Source: Candidatus Bathyarchaeota archaeon
GTDB taxonomy: Archaea > Thermoproteota > Bathyarchaeia > 40CM-2-53-6
Reading direction: 5' to 3'
DNA: 64,000 nucleotides
Assembly: GCA_005884195.1 (NCBI GenBank)
Contig: VBBP01000055.1
Span: 15,021 to 79,020, forward strand
The position numbers and the translations under genes are program-made. Positions 30,475 through 39,580 of this stretch are shown here, in pieces (within the stretch, counting starts at the first letter, position 1; each line of letters opens with the position of its first letter). The notes below the pieces were generated by a model that saw nothing but the letters and a program-made list of their open reading frames with translations, did not search any database and was not told the origin of the DNA.

Positions 30475-30762
30475 CTACTTTGTCTGAGCTGCTCTTACGA
30501 TCTCGTCAGATATCTCTTGACGCGTCTTGCCTTGAGTGTTAATCCCCAATTTGTGCGCTGTATCAGTTAGAGGATCAGACGTGGACAGAGCTGGCTGAGA
30601 GGGTGAGAGTGGGTTTGTTAGTCCTTTTGAGGCGTCGTCGAATTCTTTGCGTGCCCTTCCTATTGATCTCGCTAGTTCCGGTATTTTTTGTGGTCCCCAG
30701 ATCAGTATGACGGCTAGTACGCCCAGTATCAGTAGGATCTGGAACGGGTCTCCTAGAGCCAT
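30475..30762 (-). CDS. tatA: Twin-arginine translocase TatA/E
   Basis: TM helix followed by WGPQKIPELARSIGRARKEF. Confidence 0.9.
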   Translation of the reverse strand: MALGDPFQILLILGVLAVILIWGPQKIPELARSIGRARKEFDDASKGLTNPLSPSQPALSTSDPLTDTAHKLGINTQGKTRQEISDEIVRAAQTK

Positions 30763-30889
30763 ATTATTCTCATTCCAAAGCTCAACGGTTCCGAGCTTTA
30801 ACTGTTTACCGTAATTAATACAGGAACCCGCTGTGCCCAAGGAAACCTTATTCTTCGGCCCAATTTGGGTCCGGCTAGGCGGCTAACAA

Positions 30890-31639
30890 CTGAAAGTAGT
30901 CGTGTGCGTGCGGCGCGTTCCGGACACAGCAACGCGCATCAAGATTGCACTTGATGGGAAATCAATTGTCACAAGCGATGCAGAGTTTGTAATCAATCCT
31001 TACGAAGAGTACGCTCTAGAACAGGGTGTTCAGCTAAAGGAGAAACACGGTGGAGAGGTCACTGTTCTCACCCTCGGACCCGAGAAGTCAACTAGCGTAA
31101 TTCTCAAAGCGCTAGCCCTTGGTGCGGACAAGGCGATTCATCTCAAGAGCGAAAATTTTCCAGATGACTCAAGCGCCGTTGCCCGGGCCATCGCTGCGGA
31201 ATTGAAATCAGTCGAATTCGACGTTCTCTTGTTTGGCAAGAAGGGTGTTGACGACGACAGCCAGCAAGTCGGGCAAATGGTAGCCGAACTTCTCGGGATT
31301 CCCTGCTCCACTCAAATCGTCAAACTCGACATCTCCGGTGGCAAGGCGATCGCTCATCGAGAAGTTGAAGGAGGAGTAATCGTTGTCGAGACTACCCTTC
31401 CGTCCGCATTCACCGCGGAAAAAGACTTGACCGTTCCTCGGTACGCGTCGCTAAGAGAATTAGTCGCTGCAAGGAAGAAACCTATTCTCGTGAAGGAGCC
31501 TCAACTGTTTCCGGGCATTCTGGAAATTGTCTCAATTCAATATCCTCCACCTAGACCTCCAGGCAGGGTACTAGGGAAGGGCGTTGAAGCGGTTCCAATA
31601 CTGGTCAAGGTTCTGCACGAAGAGGCCAAGGTGATCTAG
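30890..31639 (+). CDS. etfB: Electron transfer flavoprotein beta subunit (FixA), CTG start
   Basis: (M)KVVVCVRRVPD, INPYEEYALE, ALALGAD, PRYASL. Confidence 0.93.
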   Translation: MKVVVCVRRVPDTATRIKIALDGKSIVTSDAEFVINPYEEYALEQGVQLKEKHGGEVTVLTLGPEKSTSVILKALALGADKAIHLKSENFPDDSSAVARAIAAELKSVEFDVLLFGKKGVDDDSQQVGQMVAELLGIPCSTQIVKLDISGGKAIAHREVEGGVIVVETTLPSAFTAEKDLTVPRYASLRELVAARKKPILVKEPQLFPGILEIVSIQYPPPRPPGRVLGKGVEAVPILVKVLHEEAKVI

Positions 31640-31643
31640 CCAC

Positions 31644-32627
31644 ATGCAAGGCCCGATACTTGTCTTCGCGGAATCCGCAGGGAACGAATTCCGAAAATCC
31701 GCTTTCGAAGCGGTAACGGAGGCCAGGCGACTGGCCGACCTCTCAAAAAGTGAGGTTCACGCATTATCTATTGGTCATAAAATACGGGACCAAGCAAGTT
31801 CTCTGGGTAGGTTCGGCGCGGACAAGGTTTCGATCGCCGACGACGAGTCACTGAAGCTCTACCATCCGGACTTCTACCGACAGATCGCTCTCGACTTGGT
31901 AAAGAAAATTGGTCCCAGCGTCATTCTTCTCCCAGCCACCTCGACCGGCAAGGATCTAGGGCCACGCCTAGCAATTCATCTTAACACGGCCGTCGCGACG
32001 GAGTGCACCGAGCTGGAAATCAGTGAGAATGAGTTAATCGCAACTCGCCCTGCCTATGCGGGCAAAGTGTTGCTGAAAGTCAAAATCAAAGGGAATCCCA
32101 GGGTTGCAACTCTTCGCCCGAATGTATTCACTGCCAAGGAGAGAGTTCCTGCAATCAGTCCGTCGATCGAATCTCTCTCATTCGAGAAGCCAACCACGAA
32201 AATAACGGTGAAAGAGTTCGTCACCCAAGGGGCGAAGAAACAAGATCTCACTGAGGCAGGAGTGATTGTGTCAGGTGGAAGGGGAATGGGGGGACCTGAG
32301 AATTACAAGATTCTGGAGGAGCTTGCCAATGTAATGGGTGGTGTCGTTGGTGCATCGAGAGCATCAGTTGATGCGGGTTGGAGGCCGCACTCCGACCAGG
32401 TGGGACAGACGGGACGAACTGTCTCCCCGACGCTCTACATTGCCTGCGGCATATCTGGAGCCATCCAACACCGAGTCGGCATGATAAACTCGAAGGTAAT
32501 AGTCGCTATCAACAAGGACCCTGAGGCCCCCATTTTCGGGTTCGCGGATTACGGGATCGTGGGGGATGTGTTCGAGGTTGTCCCGGCACTCACTCAAGAG
32601 ATGAGGAAGTATTACGGCAAGAACTAA
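31644..32627 (+). CDS. etfA: Electron transfer flavoprotein alpha subunit (FixB)
   Basis: [33 protein letters not shown]. Confidence 0.95.
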   Translation: MQGPILVFAESAGNEFRKSAFEAVTEARRLADLSKSEVHALSIGHKIRDQASSLGRFGADKVSIADDESLKLYHPDFYRQIALDLVKKIGPSVILLPATSTGKDLGPRLAIHLNTAVATECTELEISENELIATRPAYAGKVLLKVKIKGNPRVATLRPNVFTAKERVPAISPSIESLSFEKPTTKITVKEFVTQGAKKQDLTEAGVIVSGGRGMGGPENYKILEELANVMGGVVGASRASVDAGWRPHSDQVGQTGRTVSPTLYIACGISGAIQHRVGMINSKVIVAINKDPEAPIFGFADYGIVGDVFEVVPALTQEMRKYYGKN

Positions 32628-32637
32628 TCTTAGTTTG

Positions 32638-33006
32638 TTAGGCGTCCTCAAGCTTAGTTTTTAGGAATCTTGCGAGTTCTTGGCTTAGTGGGCTTCTAGA
32701 CACGTCGATTACCGGCATCTCAATGTTTCCGGACTTGACATTGTGGACGAATTCTGCCATGGGCGCGTAACTGATGGACGCTATGTAGAGTTCCCCACGG
32801 GCATATTCCTCTGGCATGTCTGAGGGCGGGATCGGCTGTGATACAAACACCATGCTCTCTGCCCATGTCAGTAAGACGGGTTGTCCCATCTTCATGATGA
32901 AGGACAACGCGTTCACGAGTTGTTGTGGGTTATCGTATTTGACGAGTTCTCGGATGACGATCCGCTTAAGCGGTTCGTGGGCGATCTCGACCATTTGGCT
33001 GCTCAT
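32638..33006 (-). CDS. Hypothetical archaeal protein
   Basis: 122-aa ORF downstream of fixX on the same strand. Confidence 0.7.
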   Translation of the reverse strand: MSSQMVEIAHEPLKRIVIRELVKYDNPQQLVNALSFIMKMGQPVLLTWAESMVFVSQPIPPSDMPEEYARGELYIASISYAPMAEFVHNVKSGNIEMPVIDVSRSPLSQELARFLKTKLEDA

Positions 33007-33061
33007 TCCCGGTTTCCTACAGGCGAAGACGATAAGTTGCTGGTTAAGAGGGTTTCCAGGC

Positions 33062-33358
33062 TCAGCCTAGCTTGAAGCTTACTCCCTTTCCGCCGGAGGG
33101 GTACTTCCAGCTTATAGCCTTGGCTCCAATCTTGTGACAAACGATCAGGCAAGCGCCTGTTTCCATGCAGCCCTCAGTATTGTAATTCAGCTGGTCTTGC
33201 CATGAGTATACCTGAGCCGGACAAATGTAGAGGCATGGTTTCTTTTCGCATTTCTGACAGAGCTTCGTATCTACTTCTATAAACGGCTCGGGGTCCTTGT
33301 TGAAGCTAACAAGCGCTAATCGTTTGTCGAGACTCATTTCCTCTTGTTTCTCAGACAT
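33062..33358 (-). CDS. fixX: Ferredoxin-like protein FixX
   Basis: CQKCEKKPCLYICPAQVY...GCMETGAC...WKYPSGGKGV. Confidence 0.88.
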   Translation of the reverse strand: MSEKQEEMSLDKRLALVSFNKDPEPFIEVDTKLCQKCEKKPCLYICPAQVYSWQDQLNYNTEGCMETGACLIVCHKIGAKAISWKYPSGGKGVSFKLG

Positions 33359-33360
33359 TT

Positions 33361-34641
33361 CTAGAATGTCCTCGCTCCGGCAAGAAGGTCGCGTATCAAA
33401 CTCATGGTTGAGACCTTACCTTTTGTCTGTGCCCTAAGCTCCTTGTAGATTTTTCGCTTTCCGTTTCCATCAACGTGATAGACTGCTTCAGCAGCGTTGC
33501 AAACCAAATCTGGGTAGACATTGTAGAGCCTGTTGTTGCGTAGGTATCTTGGGACCTTGCTGAAAGTGTACATGTCTTTGAGGGCTGGCTCCTCTCTCAG
33601 CTTTCGCTCGTAGGTTTGGAGTGATTGAGCTGAGTAGTCCTTCCTTTTGCGGGCCTCGAGAATTGTGTGGGCTGCAGCAATGCCGGAGACAATTGCCATA
33701 TCCACGCCTCTGAAGGTGTAACCATTATTGAGTAGGTGTCCAGCCGCGTCTCCTGCTACCAGCATGCCTCCAGTGTAGGGTCTTGTCAACATCTTAGGCC
33801 CTGCTTCCGGGATCATATGAGCATCGTACTCGATCGTTTTCCCGTCTCTTATCAGACGTTGAACTCTGCGGTGGTTTCTCAATCGATCCATGAATGTGTG
33901 GGATGGGACTGCTTTCGTTGACGTATCATCAGCCCCGACAACCATTCCTAGAGCCAAGCTGTCTTTGTTCGTGTAGAGGAAGCCTCCACCGCGAAGTCCG
34001 CCGGAGCAGTCACCAACGAAGACATGGGCAGCACCTTCTCCGGGCTCAAGCCCAAAGCGCTCCTCAATTCTTTCGGCTGAAAGTTCAACAACATCTTTCA
34101 TTCCCATCGATACTTCTTCAGGCTCTAGCATGGTCGCGAGTCCGGCCCTTCGGGCGAGGCTCGTAGTGGTTCCGTCGCAGGCGATCACAGCGTCGGTTGG
34201 AATCTTGTCCTGACCCGCGATTATTCCCTTTACGCGTCCACCCTCGATTACTAAGTCGTCTACTCTTGAATCGGTAATCAGTGAAGCTCCTGCTTTCTCT
34301 GCCTGCTCGGCCAGCCACTTGTCAAACTTGGCTCGGATAGAAGTGAAGCTTCCCGTCGGATCCTTCGATTCGTATTCGATGCTAAACGAGCTGTCCGCCG
34401 TCATGAAGGTGATTCCCTCTTTTCTTACGAATCGTTCTACTGGTGCGTCTTTCCATCGGTCTCCAAGGAGGCGTTTGAGGGCGTAACTGTAGATTCGTCC
34501 ACCAAAGACGTTCTTTGAACCGGGAAACGTTCCACGTTCGACCAGCAGGACTTGGACCCCTTCTCGAGCGAGCGTGAGGGCGGCTGCGCTTCCAGCGGGG
34601 CCTGCTCCGACGACTGCGACTTCGAATCCTTCTAGTGACAA
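33361..34641 (-). CDS. fixC: FAD-dependent ETF:quinone oxidoreductase FixC
   Basis: VVGAGPAG, ERGTFPGSKNVFGG, GGFLYTNKDS, AGDAAG; adjacent to fixX. Confidence 0.92.
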   Translation of the reverse strand: MSLEGFEVAVVGAGPAGSAAALTLAREGVQVLLVERGTFPGSKNVFGGRIYSYALKRLLGDRWKDAPVERFVRKEGITFMTADSSFSIEYESKDPTGSFTSIRAKFDKWLAEQAEKAGASLITDSRVDDLVIEGGRVKGIIAGQDKIPTDAVIACDGTTTSLARRAGLATMLEPEEVSMGMKDVVELSAERIEERFGLEPGEGAAHVFVGDCSGGLRGGGFLYTNKDSLALGMVVGADDTSTKAVPSHTFMDRLRNHRRVQRLIRDGKTIEYDAHMIPEAGPKMLTRPYTGGMLVAGDAAGHLLNNGYTFRGVDMAIVSGIAAAHTILEARKRKDYSAQSLQTYERKLREEPALKDMYTFSKVPRYLRNNRLYNVYPDLVCNAAEAVYHVDGNGKRKIYKELRAQTKGKVSTMSLIRDLLAGARTF

Positions 34642-34780
34642 CTCTGTCTCTATTTGGGGCTGGTCGTGGGGTTTATCGGGTTTAGCATGGCGCCATGGCC
34701 ATGGTTAGCGTTGGTTGTTGTTTGGCGCAGCTTCGGTCATCTCTAACGATTATGTTCGTGGGACGACTGATTACGTGTAA

Positions 34781-35094
34781 GGCGGTTCGTCATATGAGCT
34801 TCTCGAGCTGGGATGACGGGAGCGACTCCGACCGCCTGAGAGGCGTGTACCGGGGTTAGATGGTTGGTTGGCCACTGTAAAATCCTTGCCTGGCAATGGG
34901 CCAAGCTACCATGCTACGGGCGTGAGGGGGCGGTTGAGGTTCGACCGTTCCCTGCCGAACGGAGGTCACGGGCCTCTGAGGCGCAAGGGCTCTCAGGTGA
35001 AGCAGTGAAGGAGAACCCGAGGACGACGGCAATCCTCAGAGTCGATGAGAGCAAGTCTGGTCTTCAAAACAAACCGAAGACTCGACAGAACCTC
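34781..35094 (+). ncRNA. Unidentified ~310-nt structured non-coding element, copy 1
   Basis: 135-bp core (34862-34996) identical to 38014-38148; several stems; G-U pairs favour the + strand. Confidence 0.6.
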
Positions 35095-35147
35095 GGGTTT
35101 AGCTCTGGGTCCATCTCCGGCCGCTCGAAAGTCAGCTTTTCGTGCTG

Positions 35148-35642
35148 TCATTTCCCTTTTGATTTCTCGGTCTCCCATCGTTGTTTCAATATCTGCTCGA
35201 TCAAGTCGACAGCTCTTTTGACCTGCCTCTGCATTGCCATCGGGTCATAACCAGCCGGTGGCTTGCTGTCCAAGTATCGTCTGTACATGTCGAAATCTAG
35301 GAATTTCTTGCTTGTTTCGAAAATTGCCATGAGTGCTGAAGACTCCATTTTGTCCAAGTCGTCTCGTCTGCAATGATAGAACCCTTTGTCCCTCACGAAG
35401 GTTATCTTTTCATTGCCGACAGAGTCGTTGTAGACATCTTCCCAGAGGTTTCTATCGACTTCGTTCTCGACTGAGTCGCCAGAGGCTAGCCTTGATTCGA
35501 ATTGTTGACGAAGTCGCTTGGCTTCTTGTTCCGAAACGTCAAGCGCTTTTGATACTTGTTCGATAGTTAGGCCCTTCTTGAGCAGATAGTAACACGCTTC
35601 TTGCAGATACTGAGAAGCGTCGTCTTCTCTCTGAGTACTCAA
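35148..35642 (-). CDS. Hypothetical protein with an N-terminal HTH-like segment
   Basis: KKGLTIEQVSKALDVSEQEAKRL. Confidence 0.7.
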   Translation of the reverse strand: MSTQREDDASQYLQEACYYLLKKGLTIEQVSKALDVSEQEAKRLRQQFESRLASGDSVENEVDRNLWEDVYNDSVGNEKITFVRDKGFYHCRRDDLDKMESSALMAIFETSKKFLDFDMYRRYLDSKPPAGYDPMAMQRQVKRAVDLIEQILKQRWETEKSKGK

Positions 35643-35673
35643 GTGAACTGTCTCCTAGCTGACTTGGAATTGT

Positions 35674-35955
35674 TCAAGGGCGCGCCTGGCTGGCTATGAT
35701 CCTCTGGAGAGACTCATGCACGATTTTGGCTTGGACTTCTAGTCCGAGATCAACAGAGGGGATGCCCATCACTCTACATCTGCTGAGAAGCTTCTTGTCA
35801 AGGCTTACTACGATGTATTTGTTATCCTTCGCGAGACTGACGACTTCATCGTCAGTGACTCCGGGTGTTACCTTCGTTGTCACCCAACCTAGATCTCTCA
35901 GATATTCATCCAGGCCGAACAACTGTTCGTCAAGGAGAATTGTAGGTCGATGCAT
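35674..35955 (-). CDS. DUF5615/Mut7-C-like PIN domain protein
   Basis: ILLDEQL...LRDLGW...DDEVVSLA...IVVSLDKKL. Confidence 0.78.
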   Translation of the reverse strand: MHRPTILLDEQLFGLDEYLRDLGWVTTKVTPGVTDDEVVSLAKDNKYIVVSLDKKLLSRCRVMGIPSVDLGLEVQAKIVHESLQRIIASQARP

Positions 35956-36044
35956 TTCTCGCGCGCGCTTCGTTTGCTCAGAGTTCGATGAACGCTTCCT
36001 TAGAAGCTTTCGCGGTCGGTGGCTTTGGGAAAAGATAGAGACTG

Positions 36045-36419
36045 TTATTTCTTGAAGTATCTGCGGCATTTCCTACATTGGAAACGGTTTTCCGAGATAT
36101 TCTTTAGCCGTACGCTACAGAACGGACACGAATCTGGGATAGCTAATTTCTCTTCCGATCCAGCAAACGCTTCTGTCTTGAGACTCGGCGATGTGTGCCC
36201 CACTGTTGTACGGTGTCTTCTTGAGTAAGCGGTGAAGGAGCCTCCTGCAATGACAGCAGATGCAAGTAGTCCAACCGGTAGGGCGAAGCTCACTGTCGAG
36301 AATGTGCTGGCGAGGTAATCTTGCATGAACCGGTTGTGAACGTATTCATTATAGAGCCACATGGCTAAGAAAATATTCAGAGCCGACTGAACTCCTATCA
36401 CCAATGCTTTTCTGGACAC
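36045..36419 (-). CDS. 2-TM membrane protein with a C-terminal zinc ribbon
   Basis: Two TM helices flanking WLYNEYVHN; CPFC...CRKC. Confidence 0.72.
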   Translation of the reverse strand: MSRKALVIGVQSALNIFLAMWLYNEYVHNRFMQDYLASTFSTVSFALPVGLLASAVIAGGSFTAYSRRHRTTVGHTSPSLKTEAFAGSEEKLAIPDSCPFCSVRLKNISENRFQCRKCRRYFKK

Positions 36420-36567
36420 TTGGATCGTGCTTGATCAACTCCTGAAGAAACGATGCTCTGTCGCGGTTCTAAGAGTAGGATCGGCGTGTCTCGGAAATAA
36501 GTCTGCCCAAAAGTGGGGTGTCCATATGGGACTAGCGTTGTGCCTGCTGCAGTCTCTCAGTGTGGGG

Positions 36568-37752
36568 CTAGTGGTATGCTTCGAAGTCTTGTCCGAGAAG
36601 GTTTACGGCGATCTTCTGGATCATGATCTCGTCTGTTCCTTCGTAGATTCGGCAGACTCTAGTGTCAACGAGGTGTCTGGGTGCTCGTGTTTCGAAGCTG
36701 TATCCACTTGAGCCGAATATCTGAACGGTTCGGTCCGCGGCGTCGAATGATGCGTTTGAGGCGAAGTATTTTGCCTGGGCAATGGTGATGTCGGCGTGTT
36801 CGCGAAGTTCTTTGTTTTCCGGTTGTTCGTCGCTATGTTGTTTGAGCAGTGCTGCCTTGTAAACGAGGTTCTTAGCCGCTTCCAGATTCGTTGACATGAT
36901 TCCAATGTGTCGTTGAACGAGCTGGTGTTTTCCGATTGGTTTGCCGTGTTGTATTCGTTGCTTCGAGTAGCTGATGGCTTCCGTAATGCAGTCATCAATT
37001 ACTCCCAAGCACCCTGCGGCGACGCTGAGTCTGCCACTCATTAGCCCAGAGTAGGCGACGCCGAGACCCTTTCCAAGAGGGCCAAGTAGATTCTCTTTAG
37101 GGACCCTGCAGTTATCTAGGAAGATCGAGCCGGTGTCTGATGTTGGCATTCCTAGCTTGTGTTTCTGTTGTTGTGATGAGTAGCCTTCGAATCCTTTCTC
37201 AACTATGAACGCGCACATTCCATCGTGCTTGCCCTTCGGGTATGCGAATATTACCGACGTGTCGGAAATGCTGCCGTTAGAAATCCAGGCTTTGCTTCCG
37301 TTCACGAGGTAGTGAGTTCCCTTATCTTCGAAGGAGGTTCGGAGCGAGGTGGGATCGCTCCCCGCGGTGGGCTCGGTCAGCCCAAAACACATTATCTTTT
37401 CCCCTCTGGTCGCTTGCGGAAGATAGCGCTGTTTCTGTTCCTCATTCCCCCACTTTTGCACCGTCAACTGGCCTAGAGAGACGTGCCCGGAGAGAAACGT
37501 TCGGACCCCAGTTCCTTCTCGGCCGATCCTCTCCAAAGCCAGGGCATAGGTGAGAATGTCAGCACCTTGCCCCTCACCGTAGCGTCTCGATATGGGAAGC
37601 CCTAGCAGCTGAGCCTTCTTGAAAATGGGGATAAGATGATCGTTGAACTTTCCCGCCAGGTAGGCCTGGTCCTCTAACGGGCGGAGTTCCCGGCAAGCCC
37701 GGTCAACCTCATCTAGGACAAGCTTCTGCTCGTCGGAAACGTCGAAATTCAT
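36568..37752 (-). CDS. Acyl-CoA dehydrogenase
   Basis: FGLTEPTAGSD, NGSKAWISNG, RIQHGKPIG, QIFGSSGY, IYEGTDEI. Confidence 0.95.
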   Translation of the reverse strand: MNFDVSDEQKLVLDEVDRACRELRPLEDQAYLAGKFNDHLIPIFKKAQLLGLPISRRYGEGQGADILTYALALERIGREGTGVRTFLSGHVSLGQLTVQKWGNEEQKQRYLPQATRGEKIMCFGLTEPTAGSDPTSLRTSFEDKGTHYLVNGSKAWISNGSISDTSVIFAYPKGKHDGMCAFIVEKGFEGYSSQQQKHKLGMPTSDTGSIFLDNCRVPKENLLGPLGKGLGVAYSGLMSGRLSVAAGCLGVIDDCITEAISYSKQRIQHGKPIGKHQLVQRHIGIMSTNLEAAKNLVYKAALLKQHSDEQPENKELREHADITIAQAKYFASNASFDAADRTVQIFGSSGYSFETRAPRHLVDTRVCRIYEGTDEIMIQKIAVNLLGQDFEAYH

Positions 37753-37934
37753 CTTAGAGAGATCTTCGCTACCCGAGTCTACAACTGTCTTCAATCGAAA
37801 CAATCTCTCGTTACCCCGGTCCTTAATGTGAGTTTTGTCTAAAAGAGGATCACTGTAAAATCTTCGGTTGACTCGTACCGATAGTTTTTGGAATCTCTAG
37901 TGAATATTAGTTAGGGACATAGTATGATTGCCAG

Positions 37935-38245
37935 GGCGGTCGTCGTACGAGCCTGTCACGCTGGGATGAGGGGAGTGACTCCGACCATGTGACGGGTATG
38001 AACTGGGATAGCCGGTTGGTTGGCCACTGTAAAATCCTTGCCTGGCAATGGGCCAAGCTACCATGCTACGGGCGTGAGGGGGCGGTTGAGGTTCGACCGT
38101 TCCCTGCCGAACGGAGGTCACGGGCCTCTGAGGCGCAAGGGCTCTCAGATGAAGCAATGAAGGGGAACCCGCCGACGACGGTAATCCCCGGAGTCGATGA
38201 GAGCAAGCCGAGTGCAAAAACAGACCGAACACTAGGTAGAACCTC
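37935..38245 (+). ncRNA. Unidentified ~310-nt structured non-coding element, copy 2
   Basis: Direct repeat of 34781-35094 with an identical core and diverged but still pairing flanks. Confidence 0.6.
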
Positions 38246-38293
38246 AAAACGTTATATCACCGGCCGAATGTTTTCGTCTGCGCGGCGGTCGCT

Positions 38294-38458
38294 TTGCCAA
38301 TTCAGGTGGATGAGGAGGACATTCCTTTCTTTGCGGAGGTCATAGCTGGGGGAAGGATAACGATACCTGAAGAGATTCGGAAAATCTTCGGAGTGAAAGA
38401 TGGTGACCATGTCATGTGTAGGGTGCGGCTCGTAAAGCGGGCCGAGGACGTCAAGTAA
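38294..38458 (+). CDS. AbrB/MazE/SpoVT-family small DNA-binding protein (54 aa, not in the ORF track)
   Basis: MPIQVDEEDIPFFAEVIAGGRITIPEEIRKIFGVKDGDHVMCRVRLVK; TTATAT box at ~38252. Confidence 0.85.
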   Translation: MPIQVDEEDIPFFAEVIAGGRITIPEEIRKIFGVKDGDHVMCRVRLVKRAEDVK

Positions 38459-38552
38459 CGCATTACCTTAGCCCGCGTGGGCCCCTGTGTGGATGCCTAT
38501 TTCTGACAATCTTAAATAACATCGGTAGGCTCCGCTCCTCTTAGAGCTCTAG

Positions 38553-39578
38553 TTGACGCTGGCCGTCTCCGATCCGACAAGAATTATCGACGGCTTTCAG
38601 GATAAGACAATCCTGGTTATGGGCGACCTGATGGTCGACCGCTATGTTCGCTCTCAAGGGCGAAAACTTTCGAGAGAAGCGCCTGTCCCCGTTGCAGATT
38701 TCATTTCCGAGGAACTAGTGCTCGGAGGCGCGGCGAACCTCGCCAACAACCTGGTCGCGCTTGGAGCGAAGGTCCGCGTGTTGGGTGTCGTGGGAAATGA
38801 TGAGCCGGGAAAGTGGCTCCAAGAGGAGCTTGAGAAGAAGGGCGTAGACATCTCAGGTACCGTCGTGAACAGCCGCCCCACAAGCCTGAAAACCCGATTC
38901 ATCCTGAACCATCGCCAATACCTTAGAATTGACAAGGAATCACGGACTGACGTCGAGTCGCATGTCACAAAACAATTCCTCTACTCCTTGGATGACCTAC
39001 TGGAAGATGCTGACGGCGTGGTCTTCTCCGACTACGACAAGGGGGTCATCACGCCGGAACTCATAAGCAATGTCGTTGAAGGGTGCCGAGTCCAAGAGAA
39101 GAAAGTCGTCGCTCAACCCAAAGTCCGGCACTACCTCGACTACGTGGGAGTGTCAATGGTAAAGTCTAACGTCCGCGAGGCAACGATAGCGACAGGTGTT
39201 TCCATGGTCAACGATACCTCGCTAAGGAATATGGGCCACAACCTCATGACGCGTTTGGAATGTGAGGCTCTCCTTCTCACCCGAAGCGAACAGGGCATGA
39301 TCCTCTTTGAGAAGAAGAATATCACGAGTTTTCCGCCTTTCAAGGGTCCCAAGCCTGGGTTCAACGCCGTCGGTGTAAGGGACTGCATGACAGCAGTTCT
39401 AGCTATGTCCATTGTAGGCGAGGCACCGATAGGGGAGGCCGTCCTCCTCGCGGGACTTGCTGCGTCACAGCATGCGGACAATCTTGGCACTGTTGTTGTA
39501 GACCTGAACGATCTTCGATCTCAAGCCAACTCAACACTTGAGCTTGCAGAGCAGATAGTTCAGGTTCCGGTCCACTGA
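38553..39578 (+). CDS. PfkB-family sugar kinase, HldE/RfaE domain I-like
   Basis: GDLMVDRY, LSREAPVPV, LGGAANLANNL, SDYDKG, LTRSEQGM. Confidence 0.85.
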   Translation: MTLAVSDPTRIIDGFQDKTILVMGDLMVDRYVRSQGRKLSREAPVPVADFISEELVLGGAANLANNLVALGAKVRVLGVVGNDEPGKWLQEELEKKGVDISGTVVNSRPTSLKTRFILNHRQYLRIDKESRTDVESHVTKQFLYSLDDLLEDADGVVFSDYDKGVITPELISNVVEGCRVQEKKVVAQPKVRHYLDYVGVSMVKSNVREATIATGVSMVNDTSLRNMGHNLMTRLECEALLLTRSEQGMILFEKKNITSFPPFKGPKPGFNAVGVRDCMTAVLAMSIVGEAPIGEAVLLAGLAASQHADNLGTVVVDLNDLRSQANSTLELAEQIVQVPVH

Positions 39579-39580
39579 TT

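Noticed and set aside
34781..35100. Repeat as RNase P RNA, SRP RNA, or a glycine/cobalamin riboswitch
   Set aside because: Only fragments match (GAGCAAG, ACAGAA..CGGGTT in copy 1 only, CTGTAA, GCCACTG, CTCTCAGG); there is no GAGGAAAGTCC, no SRP helix-8 motif and no full aptamer; an Rfam scan is needed to exclude these formally
34864..35250. ORFs 34864-35250 and 37989-38345 sharing the peptide VGHCKILAWQWAKLPC
   Set aside because: The similarity only reflects the DNA repeat; starts and ends differ, both run into real genes, and the flanks conserve base pairing rather than protein
34862..38148. Repeat pair as DGR template/variable repeats or a CRISPR array
   Set aside because: No adenine-specific mismatches, no reverse transcriptase or cas genes, and no repeat-spacer periodicity
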